Shown: in pieces, positions 10,701 through 21,771 of the stretch
Numbering within the stretch: the stretch's first letter is position 1
Layout of the letters: each line of letters opens with the position of its first letter
Assembly: GCF_030028105.1 (NCBI RefSeq)
Contig: NC_092398.1
Location: 25,745,649-25,809,648, forward strand
Length of the DNA: 64,000 bases
Direction of reading: 5' to 3'
Origin: Mobula birostris
Taxonomy: Eukaryota
Made by a program: the position numbers and the translations under genes
Notes under the pieces: model-generated
What the model was told of the DNA's origin: nothing
Databases searched by the model: none
What the model saw: the letters and a program-made list of their open reading frames with translations, nothing else

Positions 10701-13700
10701 NNNNNNNNNNNNNNNNNNNNNNNNNNNNNNNNNNNNNNNNNNNNNNNNNNNNNNNNNNNNNNNNNNNNNNNNNNNNNNNNNNNNNNNNNNNNNNNNCNNN
10801 NNNNNNNNNNNNNNNNNNNNNNNNNNNNNNNNNNNNNNNNNNNNNNNNNNNNNNNNNNNNNNNNNNNNNNNNNNNNNNNNNNNNNNNNNNNNNNNNNNNN
10901 NNNNNNNNNNNNNNNNNNNNNNNNNNNNNNNNNNNNNNNNNNNNNNNNNNNNNNNNNNNNNNNNNNNNNNNNNNNNNNNNNNNNNNNNNNNNNNNNNNNN
11001 NNNNNNNNNNNNNNNNNNNNNNNNNNNNNNNNNNNNNNNNNNNNNNNNNNNNNNNNNNNNNNNNNNNNNNNNNNNNNNNNNNNNNNNNNNNNNNNNNNNN
11101 NNNNNNNNNNNNNNNNNNNNNNNNNNNNNNNNNNNNNNNNNNNNNNNNNNNNNNNNNNNNNNNNNNNNNNNNNNNNNNNNNNNNNNNNNNNNNNNNNNNN
11201 NNNNNNNNNNNNNNNNNNNNNNNNNNNNNNNNNNNNNNNNNNNNNNNNNNNNNNNNNNNNNNNNNNNNNNNNNNNNNNNNNNNNNNNNNNNNNNNNNNNN
11301 NNNNNNNNNNNNNNNNNNNNNNNNNNNNNNNNNNNNNNNNNNNNNNNNNNNNNNNNNNNNNNNNNNNNNNNNNNNNNNNNNNNNNNNNNNNNNNNNNNNN
11401 NNNNNNNNNNNNNNNNNNNNNNNNNNNNNNNNNNNNNNNNNNNNNNNNNNNNNNNNNNGTCTCTCAATTACAGAGGGGGAGACAGGGAGGATGAGGGAAA
11501 AGGGACGTACAGATACACATACAGACAAATACAGAGGGTCTCCACAAGACCCGAAGGTGTAGGAGCAGGATTATGTCATTTGGCCAATCGAGTCATCATA
11601 GCTGATCTACCCCCCCGCGCCCCCCCCCCAGATCCCTGCATGCCGTGACTAACCAATGCCTTAAATATACATAAAGACTTGTCCTCCCCAGCTGCCTGCG
11701 GCAACAAATTCCACAGATCCACCACTCTCTGGCTGAAGAAATTTCTCCTCATCTCCATTCTAAAAGGACACCCCTCTATTCTTGGGTTGTGTCTGCTGGT
11801 CTTAGACTCTCCCACTATATGAAACATCCACTTCACGTCCACTGTATCGAGGTCTTTCACCATTCGACAGCTTTCAATGAGGTCAACCCTCATTCCTCTG
11901 AAGCCTAGTGAATACAGGCCCAGAGCCTTCAGACACTCTTCGTACGACAAGCCGTTTAATCCTGGAATCATTTTCGTGAACCTCCTTTGAATCCTCTCCT
12001 GCGTCAGCATATCCTTTCTCAGATAAGCACCCAAAACTGCACACAATACTCCAAGTACCTCACCAGTGCTTTAAAGTCTCAACATTACATCCTTGTTTTT
12101 ATATTCTCGTCCTCTCAAAATGAATACGAGCATTGCATTTGCTGCCTCACCACAGACTCCACCTGCAAATTAACCTTTAGGGAATCCTGCAGAAGGACTC
12201 CCAAGTTCCTTTGCACCTCAGTGTTTTGTATGTTCTTTCCAGTTAGAAAATAGTCAACCCTTTCATTTCTTCTACTAAAGTGTGTGACCATACACTTCCT
12301 GACACTGTATTCCATCTGCCACTTCTTTGCCCATTCTCCTAATCTGTCCAAGGCTACGTCCACACTAGACCGGATAAATCCATAGCTGAAGCTTTTTCTC
12401 TTCGTTTTGAACTTCCGTCCACACTGAAACGGCGTTTTCCTCCCCTGAAAATGGAGCTTTTCAGAAACGCTCTCCAGAGTGAATTAATCTGAAAACGCCT
12501 AATATCCGGCGTAGTGTGTACGGGGTAACCGGCTATTTTTAAAACTGAGGCGCCGGAACAAATGGAGGCGGCAGCGCGACATTTCATTGTTTTCTTGAAC
12601 GCAGCCTCCAACACCACCACAACGATATCTGACAATAGGTGTGTAACAGCCTAACGTAACATTGTATGGAAATACAAGCTAACACTGATGCAGACATGTT
12701 TTATACATTGAACAAGGTGCTTTATTAATGTATTGCTTGTGCAAACAGTCAATAGATGCAATTGTCACTTTTGCCCAGTAACTCGTTTTATTGCACGTGT
12801 AAAATACAGCAAAATAATACATAAAGACGTGGCAAAAGTAAAGGCAAACAAATTTCACTTTTGCCCAGTTACAAGCCTCATTGCATTTAGTTGTAGCTGT
12901 CGTCCCTTTCATCGGTGAAGAGACTATGGCTGTAGGAAATGTTTCTGGACAAACGCGCACCAAGTCTTTTGTTTCGCAATTTCCTTTTAAGTTTTTCTAG
13001 TCTGTAACTGGACAAACGTGCCCCAAATATACCGTTTCCTCTTCACTTGTTTTCTGTGTGTGTGTGTCCTGCACATGCCCAGTAGGAGGAGATTCGCCCA
13101 AACAGCCATTTTAAAGTGGAAAGAGGTATTTTTAAAAACACCTAGTATGGACGCCTATCGTTTTTACGCGAAACCGGTGTTTTCAAAATTATCCGGTCTA
13201 GTGTGGATGACTCTTTCTAAGTCTTTTTGTAGCCTCTCTACTTCAACACTACCTGCCCCTCCACCTAACTTCATATCGCCCGCAAACTTTGCAGCAAAGT
13301 CACCAATTCCATCATGCAGACCATCGGCATACCTGGTATAGGTCCTGCCCAGTGACCCTCCACAGCTCGTCCATAGCCAGCACGTAGAAACACTCACTGA
13401 AGATGGTTCGCTGGACCTTGACCGCTCTTCCGTCCCGGCTGACACAGAAAGCCCGTTTCTGGCCCTCGCCAAAGGCCGCCGAGTGGCGCATCAGGAACTC
13501 CCCGCCTGAGGGAGGGAACCAACAGCCCCACACACCCGACATGTCAGTTAAGGAACGGTGGGAGGGGCGGCGAGGAGAGGAGGGAGCGCTATGCCGCAGG
13601 AGTGACGGTGAGGAGGGAGCACCGGACCGCAGGAGGGGAGGTAAGGGGGAAGCACAGAGCTTGCGGAGGGGCAACAAGGGCGGCCCACCATACCTCGGGG

Positions 13701-16700
13701 TAAACTCTATCATTGGGAAACTGGGCAAAGAAGTGGCAGGTGGAATACAGAGTAGGGAAGTGTCCAGTCATGCATTTTGGCAGAAGGAATAAAGGTGTGA
13801 ACTATTTTCTAAAACAGGGAGCAAATTTAGAAACCTGAGGCACAACAGGACTTGGGAGTCCTTGTGCAGGATTCCCTAAAGGCTAGTTTTCAGGTTGAGA
13901 CAGTGGCGAAGAAGGCAAATGCAACGTTAGCATTCATTTTGAGAGGAGTAGAATATAAAAGCAAGGATGTAATGCTGAGGCTTTATAAGGCACCGGTGAG
14001 GCCTCACTTGGGAGCAGTTTTGGGCCCCTTACCTAAGAAAGGATGTGCTGGCGTCGGACAGGGTTCAGAGGAGGATTACCAGCTTTATCCTGGGAATGAA
14101 AGGGTTAGTGTTTGAGGCTCTGGGGCTGAACTTGCTGGAGCTTAGAAGAATGAGGAGGAGGAGGGCATCTCATTGAAACCTTTCGAATCTTGAAAGGCCT
14201 AGACGGAGTGGATGTGAACAGGATGTTTCCGATAGTGCGGAGAGTCAAGGACCAGAGGACGGAACCACAGAATAGAGGGAGGTCCCTTTCAAATAGAGGT
14301 GAGGAGGAATTACCTTAGCCAGAGGGTGCTGAATCCGTGGAGTTCATTGTCGCAGACAGCTTATGGAGGCCAAGTCACTGGGTATATTTAAAGTATAAAT
14401 TGATAGCCTCCTGATTAGTCAGGGTGTCAACGGTTACAGGGAGAAGGCAGGAGAATGGGGTTGAGCGGGATAATAAATCAGCCATGTTGGAATGACGGAG
14501 CAGACTCGATGGGCTGAATGGCCTCACTCTGGTCCTACGCCTTATGGTCTTACCAGCTGTCGCTGCATCCAGCAATTCCTGTCGGCGAAAGCGAGGAACT
14601 TTCCGGTAAAGCCGGCAGTAAGTCCAGACCTGTGGAGGGAGGGCGACAAGGACACGTTTTACACATCACAAGACTCCCGCTGGAATACGGCTTTGGAACG
14701 TGGGAGGAAACCGGACTGCTCGGGGGAAAATCCACATGGTGATGAACTCCTTACAACCAGCGGCGGGAATCGCACCCCGATCTAGCAGGCTCGTAAACCT
14801 AGAACATGGAACAGCACAGGGTTTTTGGCCCTGGTAACACTCTAAGGTCAATCTAGCCCTTCCTTCCCACATAGCCCTCCAGTTTCCTTTCATCCATGTG
14901 CCTATCTAAGAGTCTCTTAAATGCCTCTAATATATCTGCCTCCACCACCATCCCTGGCAGGACGTTCCACACACCCACCACCCTCAGTGTAAAAAACCTA
15001 CTTCTGACATCCCCCCCCACCATACTTTCCTCCAATCAGCTTAAAATTATACCCCTCGTGTCAAACATTTCTCAAATTTATCAACACATTTTAGAACATA
15101 CTCTCAATGGCCACATTACTTGGTACCTCCTACACAAAATAAAGTGGCCACTGAGTTTATGTTTGTGGTTTTCTGCTGCTGTAGCCCATCCATTTCAAGG
15201 TGCGACATGTTGTGTGTTCGGCGATGTTCTTCTGCACACCACTGTTGCAACACGTGGTTATTTGAGCTACTGTCGCCTTCCTGTCGGCTTGAACCAGCCT
15301 GGCCATTCTCCTCTGACCTCTCTCGTTTTCACCCACAGGACTGCTGCTCACCGGATGTTTTCTTTTTGTTTTTCACACCATTCTCTGTAAACTCTAGAGA
15401 CCGTTGTGCATGGAAGTCCCGGGAGATCAGCAGTTTCTGAGATACCCAAAGTTCAAAGTACACTTATTATCAAAGTATGTACACATACAACCTTGAGATT
15501 CGTCTCCTAACAGACAGCCCGGAAACAAAGAAACCCAACAGAGCCCATTTTTAAAAATCTATGACACACCCAACGTGCAGAGAGGGGGGAGAATAAACAC
15601 GAGCAAATAGTGTTCTGAAGGGAGAGTTCTTTCACAGACCCTCAGCTCAGCGTAGGACCGAGCAGCAAGCTAAACTGGTCGTCCCTCGCCTCAGACCCTG
15701 CCAATCTGGCCCGGTAGCTGAATCGTCGCCAAACATCGGATTCGGTTACTTCCACGCGCTCTGAGGCTTGATGCTGCTGCAACCTTTCCAATTCGGAACA
15801 GCGCTTAAATCCTGTCACCCCATCTGGCACCAACAATCGTTCCGTGGTCAAAGTCACTGAGATCACGTTTCTTCCTCATTCTGAACAACTGAACCTCTTG
15901 ACCATGTCTGCGTGCTTTTATGCATTGAGTTGCTGCCTCTCCGGTGAAATGATATTGTATTTGTTAAATCATGTCTGCGTGCTTTTATGCATTGAGTTGC
16001 TGCCTCTCCGGTGAAATGATATTGTATTTGTTAAATGGGGGCTGTGCACAATTCTGATTTGATGGAGACAGCCATGAGAGCACGGAGGAACATCTGGAGA
16101 AACTTCTGAAATGCCCGGTTCGCTGCCGCTGCTGCTGTGCAATCGAGAATCTCTGGAGGGAAGGCCCCAAATCCTCGGCTTTGCCTGCTGCTGGTGGCCG
16201 GGGCTGGAGTCGAAGCACTCGGCAAAGATGGTGCTCGGTGTTGGAGGGCTGGTCGGAGGCTCAAAGTTTTCGGACAACTCAGAGTCGGACTGTGGTTGGA
16301 CATGGCAGGGAGAGTTTTCTTCCTTCTCCCGTCTGCGTGAGATGTGGGACTTTTGAGAGACTTTGAACTTTTTACCGTGCCCATGGCCTGTTCTTCATCA
16401 AGTTAAAGTATTGCTTGCACTGTTGTAACTATATGTTATAATTACGTGGTTTTTGTCAGTTTTTGAGTCTTGGTCTGTCTTGTGTTTCTGAGATATCACA
16501 CTGGAGGAATATTGTATCATTTCTTAATGCATGTATTACTAAATAACAATAAAAGAGGACTGTGTGTCCTCATAATCTAATCTAATCTAACATGATTGGC
16601 TGATTTAGTCATAGTCATACTTTATTGATCCCAGAGGAAATTGATTTTCGTTACAGTTACACCATAAATAATTAAATAGTAATGAAACCATAAATAATTA

Positions 16701-19700
16701 AATAGTAATATGTAAATTATGCCAGGCAACAAGTCCAGGACCAGCCTGTTGGCTCAGGGTAACACTCATAACACGCTGGAGGAACTCAGCAGGTCGGCCC
16801 GAAACGTCGACCGATCTTTTCTACGGATGCTGCCCGACCTGCTGAGTTCCTCCAGCGTGTTGTGAGTGTTGCTTTGACCCCAGCATCTGCAGATTATTTT
16901 GTGTTTACTATTGGCTCAGGGTGTCTGACCCTCCAAGGGAGGAGATGTAAAGTTTGATGGCCACAGGCAGGAATGATTTCCTATGACGCTCTGTGCTGCA
17001 TCTCGGTGGAATGAGTCTCTGGCTGAATGTACTCCTGTGCCCACCCAGTACATTATGTAGTGGATGGGAGACATTGTCCAAGATGGCATGCAACTTGGAC
17101 AGCATCCTCTTTTCTGACACCACTGTCAGAGTCGATTTGATATTTGCATTAACAAGTCGGTGTACACACGCATCCAATCAAGTCACCGCCGAGTGCACAG
17201 TGAAATTCTTACAGTGTACCTCCTCACCACCCACCCACCCACCTTCCCCCTCACCTGGTCTGACCTATCACCTGCCAGCCTGTCCTCCTTCCCCTCCATT
17301 CTGCAACCCGTCTTCTTACTCTGGCTTCCTCCCCCTCCCTTTCCAGTCCTGATGACGGGTCTCGGCCCGAAACGTCGACTGTCGACTCCACTCTGTAGAT
17401 GCTGCCTGACCTGCTGAGTTTCTGCAGCGTTTTGTGTGCAGGACCTCCTGAGTGGAGGAAGGATGTGCTTGTGCTCAAGGGAGTGTGGAGGAGACTCACG
17501 GGGAGAAATGGCACGTTTGCCCACGAGCGAAGGTCACCGAGACCCTTTATCAAGGGTGCTGGTCCGAAACGTTGGCTGCTTATTCATTTCCACAGATGAC
17601 CCCTGACCTGCTGCGCGAGTCGTTCTGGATCTCCAGCATCTGCAGAGTCTCGTGAGAATGGGAAGCTTGCTTGCAGGGGCATCTCAAGCAGGCAGATACA
17701 GACAACCCGCACAATATAAACCGTGCAAAAATCAGCCAGGACACCGAAGAAAGGGCACGTAAAATTAAACATCTATGCAGAACAAAGAATTAGGCCATTC
17801 AGCGCATCGAGTCTTCTCTGCCATTCCGTCATGGCTGATTTATTATCCCTCTCAACCTTCTCCCCAAAACGCTTAACCAATCAAAAGCATATCACTCTCT
17901 GCCTTCAATATCCCAGTGAACTGCAGAGATGAACCACTCTTTGGCTAAAGAAATTCCTCCTCGTCTCTGTTCTAAAGGGACACCGTTCTACTTCGAGGCT
18001 GTGCCCTCTGGTCCTAGACTCCCTCGCTATAGGAAACATCCTCTCCATGTCCACTCTATCTGGGCCTTTCAATATTCGATGGGTTTCAGTGAGATCTCCC
18101 CCCCACCCCATCCATTCTTCTGAACTCCAGTGAGCCATCAAACATTCTTCACACGTTAACCCTTTCATTCCTGGGATCAACCTCATCAACCTCTGAGGGT
18201 GACCAGCACATCCTTACTTAGGTAAAGGCATCTGTTAGTCTTGCAAGACCATTGATCTGCGCCTGGAAAGTCTTCACTCTCCAGGGCGCAGGCTTGGGCA
18301 AGGTTGTATGGAAGACCGGCAGTTGCCCATGCTGCAAGTCTCCCCTCTCCATGACACCGATGTTGTCCAAGGGAAGGGCATTAGGACCCATACCAGTGTC
18401 ATCGCAGAACAATGTGTGATTAAGTGCCTTGCTCAAAGGCACAACACATTGCCTCGGCTGGGGCTCGAACTCACAACCTTCAGGTCGCTAGTCCAATGCC
18501 TTAACCACTTGGCCACGTGCCCACAGTACTTAGATAAGCGACCCAAAATCTCTCACGATACTCTAACTGCGGTCTGATCAATCTATTACAATGGCTCATT
18601 AATGCCTTTGAAAAGGTAGTGAATTCAGCTCACAGGTAAACACCTCCCAGCCATTGACCACATCGACATGAAACGCTGTTGTAGGGAAGCAACATCCATC
18701 CTCAGGCCCCACCACCAAGGCCGCGCTCTTGCCTCGCTGCTGCCATCAGGTAGAAGGCACAGGAGCCTCAGGACTCACACCACCAGGTTCAAGATCAGTT
18801 ACCACCCCTCAACCATCAGGATCTTGAACTAAAGGGAATAACTACACTCACTTGCCCCATCACCAAGATGTTGCCACAACCGATGATCTCACTTTAAGGA
18901 CTCTTCATCTCGTTATCTGACGTTCTCGTTACCTATTGCTATTTATTTGTATTTGCACAGTTTGTGATCTTCTGCACTCCGGTTGATCTTTACTTTATTT
19001 TATTGTCGCCAAACAATTGACACTAGAGCGAACAATCATCACAGCGATATTTGATTCTGCGCTTCCCGCTCCCTGGTTTACAAATTGATAGTAAATATTA
19101 AATTATAAATCATAAATAGAAAAGGGGAAGTAACATAGTGCAAAAAAAAAAAACAAGAGGCAGGTCCGGATATTTGGAGGGTACGGCCCAGATCCGGGTC
19201 AGGATCCGTTCAGCAGTCTTATCACAGTTGGAAAGAAGCTGTTCCCAAATCTGGCCGTACGAGTCTTCAAGCTCCTGAGCCTTCTCCCAGAGGGAAGAGG
19301 GACGAAAAGTGTGTTGGCTGGGTGGGTTGTGTCCTTGATTATCTTTCATCGATCCTGTTATAGTTACTATTCTATAGATTTGCTGAGTATGCCCGCAGGG
19401 AAATGAATCTCTGGGTTGTATGTGGTGACATAAGTAGTATAAAATTTATGTTGAACTTTGAGCATTACATCCTCACTTTCAAATTCTACTCCTCTCAAAA
19501 TGAACGCTAACATGGCATTTGCCTTCCTTATCACCGACTCAACCTGCAAGTTAACCTTTAGGGAATTCTGCACGCAGACTCCCAAGCCCCTTTGCACCTC
19601 AGGTTTCTGAATTTGCTCCACTTAGAAAGTAGCCCATGCCTTCATTCCTTCCACCAAAGTGCATCACCATACACTTCCTGACACTGTATTCCACCTGCCA

Positions 19701-20729
19701 GTTTTGTGCCCGTTCTTCTAATCTGTCCAAGTCCTTCTGCAGCCTCTGTTTCTGCAACACTACCTGCCCCTCCACCCATTACACAATTTAATATTTTCTT
19801 TTGAAGAATTTCTGCATATGTCAAGCCTGTAAACTTGTCTTAAACCCTGTGCTGTGCTGGACAAGTACACGCAACAACAAAGTCAGCTTTGAGAACGAGA
19901 AGCGATCAGGGAGATCCCTATAGACCGTAAAGCAGCCGAGATTATTGTCAAACTGGAGATGGTGTGGAGAAGGTGGAGGGGGTGCGTACCCTGTCACTGG
20001 TCCAGGGTTCGTCCCAGCTGTTCGCTCACCTGTCTTCCCTGCAGCCAGATATATTTTAATTCATCGTAGACAGAACCATCGCGACTCAGACACGTGAAAA
20101 AGCCCCTGCGAGGTAAAGTTCTCAAAGATCAGGGACTCCATCCTCACCGCCTCTCCCTCCCTGCCCTCCCTCTCACGGTGCGCCCTCCTTGCTGCCCAAC
20201 CCGTCCCACTCCTTTTCAGCTTGTCGCTCCTCCCACAGTGATCCCTCTCCCTCCTCGCTGCCCCTCTCATGGCTCTTACTCTCCTCGCAGCCACCTCCAA
20301 AGGCGCTCACCCCCATGACACTCCCTGTCCCTCCCACGGTGATTCCTCTCTTCCTCCCTTGCAACCGCCTCACAGTGCTCTCTCTCCTTCACTGCCCCCT
20401 CTTCCTCTCAACTCCCCTCCTACGATAATCCCTCTCTCCCCCGCTGCCCCCTCGTACTCTCCAACTCCCTCACTACCCCTCCTACAGAGTTCTCTCCCTC
20501 ACTGTCCCCTCCCACGGGGCTGACTCTCTCCCTCACTGTCCCTCCCATGGCACTTCATCTCTCCATTGCCACCCCTCCCACGGCACTCCTCCTCCTTCCC
20601 CCCCACCCCGACGCCGTGGACCCCTCACCCAAACTCTGGGTCATGGGAAAACTTCAGCCAGAAGTCAACGGTCCGGTCCAGCTCCTTGCGGATTTTATGC
20701 CGGAAACCTTCGAGCTCTTCCCGCGACAT
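4780..20729 (-). CDS. RENBP: N-acylglucosamine 2-epimerase (renin-binding protein), 10 coding exons, 402 aa
   Basis: Minus-strand coding exons, all GT-AG and in phase: 20629-20729 ([34 protein letters not shown]), 20030-20105 ([25 protein letters not shown]), 14554-14629 ([10 protein letters not shown]..), 13333-13505 (..[12 protein letters not shown]..), 10010-10234, 8826-8907, 8123-8298 ([11 protein letters not shown]..), 7388-7519 ([14 protein letters not shown]..), 5950-6037 (..GEWYGYL..KGGPFK), 4780-4859 (GCFHLPR..stop). Total 1209 nt. AGE-family active-site motifs QGR, FSE, PGHxxE, WW and CFHxPR are all present. Confidence 0.96.
5012..5350 (+). mobile_element. RTE-related short interspersed repeat (second copy at 1-305)
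   Basis: Two similar copies. The 3' part (AATGGCAAACCACTT..TTTGCCAAGAA..ACGACACGG, TGA-type tail) resembles RTE/Bov-A-like ends. Confidence 0.6.
9130..9840. repeat. G-rich polypurine low-complexity tract in a RENBP intron
   Basis: Degenerate GGGGAGTGGAGGGGGGTA repeats with an internal block duplication. Confidence 0.85.
10261..11458. other. Assembly gap (N run)
   Basis: About 1.2 kb of N inside a RENBP intron. The flanking coding exons join in frame with no missing protein segment. Confidence 0.98.
11545..13332 (-). mobile_element. CR1 LINE 3' fragment (split by MITE)
   Basis: [63 protein letters not shown]. Confidence 0.85.
12351..13213. mobile_element. Non-autonomous TIR element (PIF/Harbinger-like MITE) nested in a CR1
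   Basis: Perfect 19-bp inverted repeat TCCACACTAGACCGGATAA (12359-12377 / 13189-13207). CR1 sequence resumes colinearly on both sides. Confidence 0.7.
13695..14553 (+). mobile_element. CR1 LINE 3' fragment with (TCTTATGG)-type tail
   Basis: [33 protein letters not shown], followed by a CR1 3' UTR that ends CCTTATGGTCTTAC at the RENBP exon boundary. Confidence 0.85.
17344..17381 (+). ncRNA. Minimal type I hammerhead ribozyme motif (Penelope-associated), intact core
   Basis: CAGTC-CTGATGA-C-GGGT(CTCG)GCCC-GAAA-CG-TC^-GACTG: stem I CAGTC/GACTG, CUGANGA and GAAA boxes, 4-bp stem II, palindromic ACGT in place of stem III, GUC cleavage triplet. Confidence 0.7.
18222..18522 (-). mobile_element. 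tRNA-headed SINE with RTE-like tail (further copies 32235-32445, 53695-54005)
   Basis: Minus-strand head GGGCACGTGGCCAAGTGGTTAAGGC..GAGTTCGAGCCCC; three similar copies are visible in the window. Confidence 0.7.
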
Positions 20730-21599
20730 CCCTGCAGGCCAGACCAGCGGGAAAAGTGGTCAGCCAACGGTGGGGAGGGGGCAAATCAGGGACACTTCCT
20801 GTCTGCCCCACACCACCTCCAGCCCCACCCTCATCCCATGCATATCCCTCCTCACTTCACTCACACGTTACATACTCTTTTGCTCCAAACTCACACTTCC
20901 CTGAGACTCCATCATCCTCTCCTTCAGTTCAACCCTACCCCATTTTCCTTTAATACACCCTCCCTCCCCTTCACCCAAATCTGAAACCCCTAATACATCC
21001 CTCTCCCCTTTTCCTATCTCCCCTCGTCTCCACTCTCCTTCTGTCTTCTCCACTTTACCCACCACCCTTCCCACTGTCCCCTCCCCTCAACTACACTTCT
21101 CTCTCACCTCTCCCTTCCCTGCCCCCTCCAGCCTCTTCCCCTTTTCTTCCCCCATACTGCCCTCTTCCTCCCATCCTCTTCACCCTCTCCCTTTCTTTTC
21201 TGCCCCTTCCCTCCCCTCCCATTCTCCCCCTCTCCTCCCCAGTCCTATTCTCCCCTCCTTCTCTCTCCCCCTCCTCTCCCTCTGTCAACCCCATCCCCTC
21301 CTTCTCCCCCTCAGCCCCTCCCTCCCTCTCCCCATCTCCTCCTTCTCCCCCCAGCCCCTCTCTCCCTCTCCCTCCTTCTCCCCCCTCAGCCCCTCCCTCC
21401 CTCTCCCTATCCCCTCCTCCCCCCTCGGCCCCTCCCCATCCCCTCCTCCCCCTCAGCCCCTCCCCTCCATCTCACCCTCAGCCCCTCCCCCTTCCCTCCT
21501 ACTCCCTATCATTCTCCCGCTCTTCCTATCCCCTCATCCCCTCTGCTCTCCCATTCTATCCGCTCACCCGCCACTCTCCTACACCTCATCTCACTCCGC

Positions 21600-21760
21600 G
21601 CTGTTCACTCACTCAATCACTCTCGGTCCCGAGACTCCAGTCAGCTGCTCACTCCCCGGCTGCGCCTGCGCACTCGATATCCCTCGCCGCCGCTACCCCG
21701 CTGTGGCGGCGGCGTGACGTCACCGCGTCTTGAGCGGAAACTTCAGATCCGGATCCGACC
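21600..21760 (-). promoter_or_regulatory. RENBP promoter / non-coding exon 1
   Basis: Small CpG-rich unique island with CRE TGACGTCA at 21715-21722, NRF1-like TGCGCCTGCGCA at 21661-21672 and candidate GTGAG donors at about 21610 and 21650. The first coding exon has its own acceptor at 20731, so an upstream exon is expected. Confidence 0.6.
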
Positions 21761-21771
21761 TTTTGACCTCT

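Noticed and set aside
10797-10797. Single C inside the N gap
   Set aside because: An isolated base within Ns is a technical artefact with no biological information.
9035-11648. Long ORFs of 444-810 aa
   Set aside because: They run through the N gap and a G-rich tract. Only 10010-10234 is real coding sequence (a RENBP exon).
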